A stretch of 20,291 nt of DNA from Candidatus Micrarchaeota archaeon. GTDB taxonomy: Archaea; Micrarchaeota; Micrarchaeia; Anstonellales; Bilamarchaeaceae. The notes under the pieces are model-generated. The model made no database searches. It worked only from the letters and a program-made list of their open reading frames with translations, and was not told the DNA's origin. The DNA is taken from positions 1-20,291 of the forward strand of contig JBDRLQ010000006.1 in NCBI GenBank assembly GCA_043812915.1, read 5' to 3'. The position numbers and the translations under genes were made by a program. Shown here in pieces: positions 8,129-15,544 of this stretch. Each line of letters opens with the position of its first letter. Positions within the stretch are counted from its first letter, which is position 1.

Positions 8129-10008
8129 TCCAGCCTCAGGAGGAGGAAGCCGTTGTTGGCGAACTCCTGCGTGTACATCCCCGATGCAGCGTAGCTGTCA
8201 GCTATCTGCTGCGTCCTTTCCTGGCCCAGCCAGGCCGCGCAGGACGAGTCGAGCGTGAGGTATGAGAAGCCCTTGCCCTTGAGGAAGGAATGTACATCCG
8301 CCGCGCTGCGGTTGATGACATCCCGGCTGAACACCTCCACTTCCGGGTCATAGATCATGCTGTCCATGTCAGAGCCGATGACCTTGTTTATGCCGCCGCA
8401 CAGCGGGAATACAAGGGTGTTCTTGGGCAGCGATTCCCTCATGCTGACATAGCCGATCAGTTCGTCATTGGAGTAGAAGGAGCCGCCCGGAGGCCACTGT
8501 ACGGTCTGCACCGTGAGCTTCGCGTCAGCGGACGTTAGCAGCGCGAGGAAAAGGAGGGCGTACAGAAACACCGTCTTGGTCTTGCCCAGCTTCTGCTCAA
8601 GCTCGGTATATGCAAAGCCTGCAAGCAGGGCGACAGGGATTGAGAAGAACACCCAGAACCTGTGCGGGAAGAGCTTTACCGGCATCGCATTGCCCTCTGT
8701 TCCTAGGAACGTGAATACAAGCAGTATGACCGCAAAGAGCATCCAGGCCCGCCCTTCATCCTTCTTCATTATGCGCTGGATGCAATAGCCTGCCCCGAGC
8801 AGGGCCAGCAGCATTGCTATCAGCCCTATCCCCACCGCCTGGTCAATCTTGCTTGATTTTGGGGGGAAAAGGATTTCGTCCAGCCCGTAAACAACGCCTC
8901 CTGAAGTATCATCCGCGCTTGTCGGGTCGAATAGGCCCTGGAACATGCCGATTCCGGCGAATGTGTCCTCAAGGCCATACTTGAGGAACACCGGCACGTA
9001 GTAGATGAGGGATAGCGTGATTCCGATTGCGGCCACTGTAAGAAGCGGCTTCGCGGCTTTCATCCCGCCGCCATAGAACCTGGCGATGAAGTAGAAGGCT
9101 GAAATGATGATGAAGATTACCGCTGTAGATGGCTGCGTAACAGCGATTGCCGCGACCGCAACCCCGGCCGGAAGCAGATAATTCTTGTCCTCCACGGATT
9201 TCTCATAGCCGTGCAGGGCGACGAACATCAGCAGGATTGCAAGCGTCTGCGCCCATATGAAGTGGCTCATGACTCCCGGGATTATCAGGAGGAAGAAGGT
9301 CGCCAGCAAGGCGATTTTCTTGTTTTTCGTAAGTTCGAAGAAGGCGAAGAATGCCATGATCAATGTAAGCCCGCAGAGGAGCGCATTGTAGAATTTCAGC
9401 GTGTCGCTCACTGACACGGTCATCTGGTGGATTACGCCCATCAGGACATCGTACGCAGGCGGATACGGCTCCATATAGGTCCTGAAGAATACTTCCCCAT
9501 CATAGAAGCGGGAAAAGGTTTCTGCTTCTGATATCCACTTGGCGCCGATTGCGTGCAGCCACGGGTCGTCATCCTCAAGATAGGGATAACTGGTGGCGCC
9601 CACCCAGAAGACATAGGTGTTTATCGCGAAGAAGAGCAGGATCAGGAGTATCGTCTTGTTATTGGCCAGGGAGAAGCCGGAAAAATCAAGGGAAATCTCC
9701 TTCTTGTAGTAGAAGTATCCGAGCGCCGCGGCGGAAATGCCAAGGAAAACCGCCCAGTTGAGCGGTATGTGCAGCAGGTTCATTATGACAGAGAGCACGG
9801 CGAAGCCCGCCAGGCCGTAGCCGAAAGCCATCAGGTCCGCCTTCCTTGTGAGCGCGAAGCCCAGGCCGAACATCACGAAGACGAGCCACGCCATTGAGGG
9901 GAAGACAAATGCCAGCGCAATCAGGGCGAGCGCCGCAATTCCAAGAGAATAAGGCGGCTTGAGGTATGCCAAAAAGCCGCTGCCGGTTTTTTCATTGCCT
10001 TCTTCCAT
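8125..10008 (-). CDS. GT-C fold multi-pass membrane glycosyltransferase (lipid-linked donor; PMT/ArnT/STT3 superfamily)
   Basis: More than a dozen hydrophobic segments, an acidic first external loop EDDDPWLH, YPP, PHRFW, and a C-terminal soluble domain. There is no WWDYG. It converges on the GT2 gene with a shared CTAG stop overlap. Confidence 0.72.
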   Translation of the reverse strand: MEEGNEKTGSGFLAYLKPPYSLGIAALALIALAFVFPSMAWLVFVMFGLGFALTRKADLMAFGYGLAGFAVLSVIMNLLHIPLNWAVFLGISAAALGYFYYKKEISLDFSGFSLANNKTILLILLFFAINTYVFWVGATSYPYLEDDDPWLHAIGAKWISEAETFSRFYDGEVFFRTYMEPYPPAYDVLMGVIHQMTVSVSDTLKFYNALLCGLTLIMAFFAFFELTKNKKIALLATFFLLIIPGVMSHFIWAQTLAILLMFVALHGYEKSVEDKNYLLPAGVAVAAIAVTQPSTAVIFIIISAFYFIARFYGGGMKAAKPLLTVAAIGITLSLIYYVPVFLKYGLEDTFAGIGMFQGLFDPTSADDTSGGVVYGLDEILFPPKSSKIDQAVGIGLIAMLLALLGAGYCIQRIMKKDEGRAWMLFAVILLVFTFLGTEGNAMPVKLFPHRFWVFFSIPVALLAGFAYTELEQKLGKTKTVFLYALLFLALLTSADAKLTVQTVQWPPGGSFYSNDELIGYVSMRESLPKNTLVFPLCGGINKVIGSDMDSMIYDPEVEVFSRDVINRSAADVHSFLKGKGFSYLTLDSSCAAWLGQERTQQIADSYAASGMYTQEFANNGFLLLRLD

Positions 10009-10078
10009 AGCTATCTCCCTTCATCTGTAGTTGGTGAGAATGTATTAAACCCTGACGCATGGAACAGGGAGCGGCGGC

Positions 10079-10414
10079 TCACCTGCCCTTTAGGGGCGGG
10101 CAGTATGAGAAAATCGATAGCGCCGAAACGAATACTGCGATGGCGAGCGCCATTGCCAGATTCCAGGTCAGGGCAAGATATATTAACGCGAATATTACCC
10201 CCAGAATGAAATACTGCATGAGCTTTTTCCGGTGCCCGGACTGCATCTTCAGGTATTCCGGCATGCAATCCAGGCAAACGCCAAGCGGGCCATGATGTCC
10301 TGACAATCCCAGCCTGCGCATAAGGAGGACGTAATTTCCAAAAACAACATCGTCCATATCCAAGGCATCCGCCTCTGTTTTTTTCCCGCAGAGGCTGCAG
10401 AGCAATTTTACCAT
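10079..10414 (-). CDS. Small membrane protein with an N-terminal CxxC...CxxC zinc-finger-like domain and two C-terminal TM helices
   Basis: MVKLLCSLCGKK...GVCLDC, followed by two hydrophobic stretches. It is transcribed divergently from the pilin operon. Confidence 0.7.
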   Translation of the reverse strand: MVKLLCSLCGKKTEADALDMDDVVFGNYVLLMRRLGLSGHHGPLGVCLDCMPEYLKMQSGHRKKLMQYFILGVIFALIYLALTWNLAMALAIAVFVSALSIFSYCPPLKGR

Positions 10415-10500
10415 ATCCTGACCCTGTATGTGATATTGCACACGGTTTCAAAAATACTTTGTGTGGCGTAACATTAAAATATAAAAAATATATGCCGAAT

Positions 10501-10546
10501 GGAAAGTTTTTTAAAGAATATCGTATATATCTTGTTGCAAGAGGTG
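10501..10546 (+). promoter_or_regulatory. BRE-TATA promoter and SD site of the pilin/T4SS-like operon
   Basis: Purine-rich GGAAAG (BRE-like) directly precedes TTTTTTAAAG at 10507-10516. SD GAGGTG is at 10541-10546, before ATG 10552. The region is a very AT-rich divergent intergenic gap. Confidence 0.65.
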
Positions 10547-10551
10547 GATAT

Positions 10552-10926
10552 ATGTTTGAGATTAATTTTAATAGGGTTAGAATTCTGTTGACATTGTTGG
10601 TCCTCTTTGGAGCGGTTATTGGCCAGGATGCGGACTTCTCAGACCCGATGCAGATGGATTGTGAGGCGAATTCCGGAATTGAGAATTTTACCTGCAACAT
10701 CATGAAGACGCTGCTTAACCTTGGCCCGATGATAGCTATAATAGCGCTTCTGGTTGGCGGTGTGATTTATGTTTACGCAAACATCTTTGTGACTGCGGAC
10801 CAGAGAGGCAGGTACCATTCCCTTGCCACAAGCCTGGCAGTCGGGGCCGTGATACTCGCAGCCCTCGTTGGCGGGGTCGGATTCATCACAAATGCCGGCA
10901 TGACATTCCTGCAGCCGGCAGCATGA
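10552..10926 (+). CDS. TrbC/VirB2-like (CedA1-like) pilin precursor, 124 aa
   Basis: Signal peptide (RVRILLTLLVLFGAVIG), a short Cys-pair region, then helix-TM (GPMIAIIALLVGGVIY), a short basic loop (ADQRGRY) and a second TM (LAVGAVILAALV). It is the first gene upstream of a VirB6-like and a VirB4-like gene. Confidence 0.7.
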   Translation: MFEINFNRVRILLTLLVLFGAVIGQDADFSDPMQMDCEANSGIENFTCNIMKTLLNLGPMIAIIALLVGGVIYVYANIFVTADQRGRYHSLATSLAVGAVILAALVGGVGFITNAGMTFLQPAA

Positions 10927-10946
10927 GCCCATGGATGTGAATCCCG

Positions 10947-12038
10947 ATGCCTGATATCCTAGAGGATTTCTCCGCTGCTGGAGGGGCCGACGGAGGGGGT
11001 GCCTTCAATGTCGCCATATACATCATCATATCGATGACGGTCATTGTTGGCATCGCCTACCTGATCTCCAGGGCGATGAACAACCGCAAGCTGGAGGACT
11101 GGTCTAAAAACGAGTTCATGCAGGTGCTGATTAGCGCTGCCATAGTAGGAGCGCTTTTCCTGCTCATGAACCCGGGCACCGGAATAATAATTACCCTCTT
11201 CAATGGGCTCGTAGCAGGCTCCCACGTCACGATAATAAATGGCGGGGAAACGGTTACAGCCACCGGGTGCGATGCGGCAACCGGAATTTATGACTCTTCC
11301 GCGCTCTGCTTTGCCACCAACTACCTGACCATACTTGAGGGGCTGATATTCGGCATCATCGGCTCGTTGTTCTCGCTGGTGGTGATAGTCGACCTTTTCG
11401 CAAAATTCTCCATAGACCTTATCATCCTTGAAATCTCGCCATTTGCAGGACTATCCTCGGTTGTCCAGGTAATCAACACGATGCTGCAGTCGCTGATCTT
11501 CCTTGGGATAATAGTCGGGGTTGAGAAGGCGCTGATGCATTTTATCGGAATGACCGCGCTGAATGTGTTCCTGCCGATAGGGGTCGTCCTGAGGTCATTT
11601 TTCGGAACGCGGAGGATTGGAGGGGCGCTGATGGCGCTGGCAGTCGGGCTGTACATCGTATTCCCGCTAACAATAGCGCTCAATGCGATATCCGTCGGCC
11701 AAATTGCTCAGGAAGAGGTCGAGATAATCGACGGGTTCATAGTGGAGCTTGAAAACCTTAGTTTCTTCAACAGCGAACATTTTGAGAGCACGTCTGACTT
11801 TGCCGACTCGGAAAGCTGGCTGGCCTACCTAGGAGCATACAAAACGGCCATGTCGGAGGAGGGCCGGTTCATGGACATGCTGAGGCTTGTCCCGCAGCAC
11901 ATGATAAACGTGATATCAGCGCTGGTAGTCCAGATAGTCTTCCTCCCGGTGCTCTCGATAATGCTTACCCTGATTTCCATAAAGGAGCTGGCGAATATCT
12001 TCGGCTCAGAGGTGAACCTTTCCAGGTTCGAGGTGTGA
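10947..12038 (+). CDS. VirB6/CedA-like polytopic membrane channel protein
   Basis: About 7 hydrophobic segments. The core 'LPIGVVLRSFFGTRRIGGALMALAVGLYIVFPL' resembles CedA/VirB6-type TM hairpins. It lies between the pilin and the ATPase. Confidence 0.65.
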   Translation: MPDILEDFSAAGGADGGGAFNVAIYIIISMTVIVGIAYLISRAMNNRKLEDWSKNEFMQVLISAAIVGALFLLMNPGTGIIITLFNGLVAGSHVTIINGGETVTATGCDAATGIYDSSALCFATNYLTILEGLIFGIIGSLFSLVVIVDLFAKFSIDLIILEISPFAGLSSVVQVINTMLQSLIFLGIIVGVEKALMHFIGMTALNVFLPIGVVLRSFFGTRRIGGALMALAVGLYIVFPLTIALNAISVGQIAQEEVEIIDGFIVELENLSFFNSEHFESTSDFADSESWLAYLGAYKTAMSEEGRFMDMLRLVPQHMINVISALVVQIVFLPVLSIMLTLISIKELANIFGSEVNLSRFEV

Positions 12039-12041
12039 CTT

Positions 12042-12848
12042 ATGCATAGCGATATTGTTACGAACAGGCGCCTGGCGATGATGATAGTTGCCGTGCAGCT
12101 GCTCCTGCTAGGAGCGCTGGTATTCTACCCTGACGGCTTAATCGCGATAGCCGCCATATTCAGCTTTATCGCGGCGGCGGCGGTGTGGCGCTTCGGGTTC
12201 CTGCTAAAGCCTTTGATAGCCCGGCAGGCGAACATCCTGGAAGGCTTCGGGAAATATGAGATTCCCCCTTCCCAGGACATCATACTGAAGAAGGAGGGCA
12301 ACAGATACTACGCTGCGGCCTACCTCCTTGTGAGATTCACCCAGTCATCCACCGAAAAGGGGCCCGAGCAGATAGCGCTCCTCCGGCAGAGCTATGAGCG
12401 GGCGCTTTCATCCCTGAACTACGTGTACAAGATATCCAACATGGTCTGCCCGGTTGAGCTTGCGCCTTATGTTGATGACATAAAGGAGAGGCGAAGCAAG
12501 GCGGAGACGCGGCTCTCAGAGCTCTCGAGCCTCCCGGCATCTGCCAACCAGGGCTCTGACATGGCAAGGCTCAAGAGGGAAATCGAATCGTGCGGAAGCC
12601 AGCTGGAGAGGATACAGAGCGGGGAGAGGCCGATGAGGGTGATGAATTACGCGATGACCTGCGCCTCCAGCCTCTCTAGGGATGATGCAATCGCCAAGGC
12701 CAGGCAGCAGGCCGCGGAGCTGAAGACGCTTGTCGCCAGCACGCTGGATACCGAGATACTCCAGCTGAGCGGGGATGATATGAAACGGTGCTTCGAGTGG
12801 GAGCACATGCTCCCGGGCAAGGATGAGAGCGAGGAATTCCTTTACTGA
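12042..12848 (+). CDS. Membrane-anchored partner of the ATPase (two N-terminal TMs, alpha/beta domain, coiled-coil insert); resembles VirB3/PrgI plus VirB4 N-terminal-domain proteins
   Basis: Two TMs followed by a soluble domain with a helical hairpin (IKERRSKAETRL...LKREIESCGSQLERI). SD GAGGTG precedes it, and it lies directly upstream of the ATPase. Confidence 0.5.
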   Translation: MHSDIVTNRRLAMMIVAVQLLLLGALVFYPDGLIAIAAIFSFIAAAAVWRFGFLLKPLIARQANILEGFGKYEIPPSQDIILKKEGNRYYAAAYLLVRFTQSSTEKGPEQIALLRQSYERALSSLNYVYKISNMVCPVELAPYVDDIKERRSKAETRLSELSSLPASANQGSDMARLKREIESCGSQLERIQSGERPMRVMNYAMTCASSLSRDDAIAKARQQAAELKTLVASTLDTEILQLSGDDMKRCFEWEHMLPGKDESEEFLY

Positions 12849-12861
12849 AGAAGTGACTGAT

Positions 12862-14352
12862 ATGGAAATCGAGGAGAAGATAAAGAGCGGCTCCCCCTTA
12901 AGGTTCGTGGATGCTACGAACCGTGACCTTGGGGAAAGGATGATATTCAGCCATCCTGCGGAGCCGCCGCCCGAGCTTCTCCTGAACGACCCCCTGAATT
13001 CTATTTACATCGGCCGCACGAGGCTGATGAGGGTTCCGTTCTACTGGACTTTCGAGAAGCTGACAAACCCCCATATCGCCATAGTCGGGGTGACGGGCGC
13101 CGGGAAATCATACCTGGTCAAGACATTCCTGACCCGCGCCGCGCTGGTGTGGAACACCAACGCCCTCATAATCGACTGGGCAGGGGAATATGTCGACTGG
13201 GTCAGCCAGACCGGCGGGCAGGTCGTCGAGCTTGGGGAGAGGAATTCCCTCAACCTTATGGACCTTGGGGGCAACTCCCCCCTCAACCGGGTCCGGCAGA
13301 TCATGCGGACATTCATCATACTATTAGAGAGCAAGCTCAAGGATGACGAGACCCGGGTGCTGGAGGAGGCGCTGGAGGAGGCATACCTGGAGAAGGGCTT
13401 CACGATGCACGACAAGGGGCAGGAGGGCAGGGAGCCTCCAACGCTCAAGGACGTCCACCGGATTCTCCTGAAAAAGGCCAAAGAGGCCGAATCCGTCTGG
13501 ATAAAGGAGTACATACTGAATTCCGCCAAGATGGTCGGCAGGTTCACAAAAAAGGGGGCGGACTTCCTGGCCAGGCCCTCGACGCTGAAGCTCGAGAAGC
13601 TCACCACTTCTGGGCTTGTGGATATCGTGCTCAAGAACCTGCCTGATGAGGAATTCAGGGTGCTTGCCGGGCTCTCCATCCTGCAGTACCTGAAGGAGAA
13701 GATGCGTGATGAGCAGTGGTCCCCGACAAAGGGGCTAAAGCTGTATGTCGTCCTGGACGAGGCATGGAAGATTGCGCAGGACGACCGCAGCGACGCGATA
13801 ATGATTGTCCGGGAGGGCAGGAAGTACAGGTTCGGGCTGATTGTGGCATCCCAGAATCCGACCGACATCAACGAGGCCATATTTTCCAATGTCGGGACAA
13901 CATTCATCCTGAACCTAAAATTCCAGAGATACAAGGATTACGTGCGCGGCTCGCTCAGGTATTCCGATTTCATAGCAGAGGCGATTGAGAAATTCGGGGT
14001 CGGCAACGCGGCGGTGAATCTGATGTTCTCGGCCAAGACCGACTTTCCAAGAACGTTCCTCATCGACCGGATTCATGGTGAGGAGCCGCTGCAGGAGATA
14101 TTGATTTCGATGGGCGGCTGCGAGCTCGGCTTCGACCGGAATGAGCTCAAGAGGCGCCTTGTATATGAGGGGATTTCCGTGGACCTGGACTCTGTTTCCG
14201 AAAAGGGGAGGATTGATGCTGCCAGGCTTGTCGGGGAATTCGAGGCTGCGGGGCTTAGCAGGACCAGGATGGTTGACACGCTCAATTACCTCGGATTCGG
14301 GCTGGAGAAAATCCGGGAATTGTTCAGGGGGGTTGACAGGAATGATGATTGA
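12862..14352 (+). CDS. VirB4/CedB-like ATPase of the HerA/FtsK superfamily
   Basis: NPHIAIV plus Walker A GVTGAGKS (13087-13110), IIDWAGEY, Walker B YVVLDEAW, arginine finger REGRKY, and IVASQNP. Confidence 0.9.
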   Translation: MEIEEKIKSGSPLRFVDATNRDLGERMIFSHPAEPPPELLLNDPLNSIYIGRTRLMRVPFYWTFEKLTNPHIAIVGVTGAGKSYLVKTFLTRAALVWNTNALIIDWAGEYVDWVSQTGGQVVELGERNSLNLMDLGGNSPLNRVRQIMRTFIILLESKLKDDETRVLEEALEEAYLEKGFTMHDKGQEGREPPTLKDVHRILLKKAKEAESVWIKEYILNSAKMVGRFTKKGADFLARPSTLKLEKLTTSGLVDIVLKNLPDEEFRVLAGLSILQYLKEKMRDEQWSPTKGLKLYVVLDEAWKIAQDDRSDAIMIVREGRKYRFGLIVASQNPTDINEAIFSNVGTTFILNLKFQRYKDYVRGSLRYSDFIAEAIEKFGVGNAAVNLMFSAKTDFPRTFLIDRIHGEEPLQEILISMGGCELGFDRNELKRRLVYEGISVDLDSVSEKGRIDAARLVGEFEAAGLSRTRMVDTLNYLGFGLEKIRELFRGVDRNDD

Positions 14353-14632
14353 GATGAGGCCGGAGGAACTGAACCGGGCGCTCCTTTCCATGGGGCTTAC
14401 AGAAGGGGAGGTCCGGGAAATCGGCTCCGAGTTCTCCAAGAACAACTTCGTGATAGAAGATGAGATGCTGCTGGACAAGCTCCTGGAATTCGGCAAGGAC
14501 ATGTACACCATCATCCGGCTCTTCGAGAAGCTCGGGATCGGGAAGGGGAATGCGGTGCGCATGATGGAAATTCGGCAGAAGCAGAAACTCGGCTCGCTCG
14601 TCAACATTTATTCGCTGGAGGTGGAAGACTGA
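14342..14632 (+). CDS. Small helical hypothetical protein (~96 aa), apparent paralogue of the ATPase C-terminal extension
   Basis: The real start is probably ATG 14342 or 14345, overlapping the ATPase stop. It has a TGATG overlap with the next gene. Confidence 0.75.
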   Translation: MMIEMRPEELNRALLSMGLTEGEVREIGSEFSKNNFVIEDEMLLDKLLEFGKDMYTIIRLFEKLGIGKGNAVRMMEIRQKQKLGSLVNIYSLEVED

Positions 14633-15408
14633 TGATATCATCAATCAGGAAGTTCCTGGGAAATGGCAGGAAGAAAAAGGAGGGCAAGAGCGCGCCCAGG
14701 CGCAGCTCTGGAACAATCTCAGTTGCCGGGAAGGTAAAGGATGCGGCAAAGCTCTGCACAGAGCTGCGCTCGCTTTCCATGTTCCAAGACGTGGCGAACG
14801 ATGAGAAGGCGGTCAATGCGATGATAGTCGAAAGCATGGACCGCGCCAGGAATCCCTACAAATTCATAAGATTCAGCTTCGGTTCCGAGGGCGCCCAGGC
14901 ACAGTTCTCAATCCCCCCGGAAGTGCCTAATCCGGCGATGAGGGAACTCGAGGTGATGAGGACTGTCTTCACGCTGCTCTCGCTACTGGAATCGAAGAAG
15001 GCTTTTTTGCCGGATAGGGAGGACATGTACTCCAAGGTTGTTCGCGCATTCGAATTGAGCTCGGACTTCATGGACGCCGAGCCCCTCAGGATGAAGTACG
15101 AGCTGGGGAGGTACGAGCAGGAGAATTCCTCCATGAAGAGCGAAGTCGTACGCCTGAAGGAGGAGAATGAGGGCCTCAACCACCAGTTCGTAGAGCTTGA
15201 GAAGAGGAGCCAGAAGCTCGAGGAGCGCATAAGGCAGCTTGAGACCCTGACGGACAATGAGCTGGACCGGGAGATAGTTAGCTGGGTGGAGGAGCATTAT
15301 GGCAGGCTCAATGAGCAGAAGTTCTGCAATTCATTTTCAGTAAGCGGAAGCCGGCTGGAAGAGCGCCTTGACGCGCTGTCAAAAAGGGGGGTGATCCGCC
15401 TTGTGTAG
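14632..15408 (+). CDS. Hypothetical cytoplasmic protein with a coiled coil and a C-terminal winged-helix-like domain
   Basis: SD GGAGGTG. A heptad-rich segment (LKEENEGLNHQFVELEKRSQKLEERIRQLE) is followed by EIVSWVEEHYGRLNEQKFCNSFSVSGSRLEERLDALSKRGVI. Confidence 0.75.
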   Translation: MISSIRKFLGNGRKKKEGKSAPRRSSGTISVAGKVKDAAKLCTELRSLSMFQDVANDEKAVNAMIVESMDRARNPYKFIRFSFGSEGAQAQFSIPPEVPNPAMRELEVMRTVFTLLSLLESKKAFLPDREDMYSKVVRAFELSSDFMDAEPLRMKYELGRYEQENSSMKSEVVRLKEENEGLNHQFVELEKRSQKLEERIRQLETLTDNELDREIVSWVEEHYGRLNEQKFCNSFSVSGSRLEERLDALSKRGVIRLV

Positions 15409-15544
15409 GGGGAAGATAGAGCTCTCCAAAGTGAAGCTGGCGGATGATAAGGAGAAGTCCGAACCGGGCAACTCATACGAGATTGAGATAATCGGCTCCA
15501 TCCCGCCCGAGAGGGCAGTGATAGTGCTGGGGGTCAAAAAGTGA
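15401..15544 (+). CDS. Unannotated 47-aa protein MCRGKIELSKVKLADDKEKSEPGNSYEIEIIGSIPPERAVIVLGVKK
   Basis: The TTG start lies just downstream of GGGGGGTGAT. It overlaps the previous stop, fills the gap exactly, and ends in a GTGA overlap with the next start. Confidence 0.65.
   Translation: MCRGKIELSKVKLADDKEKSEPGNSYEIEIIGSIPPERAVIVLGVKK

Noticed and set aside
8125..10008. Oligosaccharyltransferase AglB/STT3
   Set aside because: It lacks the WWDYG motif, so I kept it only as a generic GT-C.
10050..10069. CCCTG...CAGGG hairpin between the GT-C and zinc-finger genes
   Set aside because: The stem is only 5 bp with no T tract, which is compatible with chance.
10011..10703. 230-aa minus-strand ORF, and the 10459 upstream start for the pilin
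   Set aside because: They cross the AT-rich promoter region and overlap better-supported genes. The composition is not protein-like, and the SD supports ATG 10552.
10552..10926. Type IV pilin/archaellin
   Set aside because: There is no class III signal peptide (K/R-G followed by a hydrophobic N-terminal helix) and no PilB/TadC-type genes. The two-TM hairpin fits VirB2-type pilins better.
12862..14352. ATPase as DNA-repair HerA or as a defence-system HerA
   Set aside because: There is no N-terminal HAS barrel-sized region and no nurA/mre11/rad50 or Sir2/nuclease neighbour. The context is pilin and membrane-channel genes.
13041..14607. Long antisense ORFs (13041..13934, 13915..14607) and the 14141 start of the small protein
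   Set aside because: These are shadow frames of the ATPase, expected from biased codon usage. The upstream extension overlaps the ATPase by about 200 nt.
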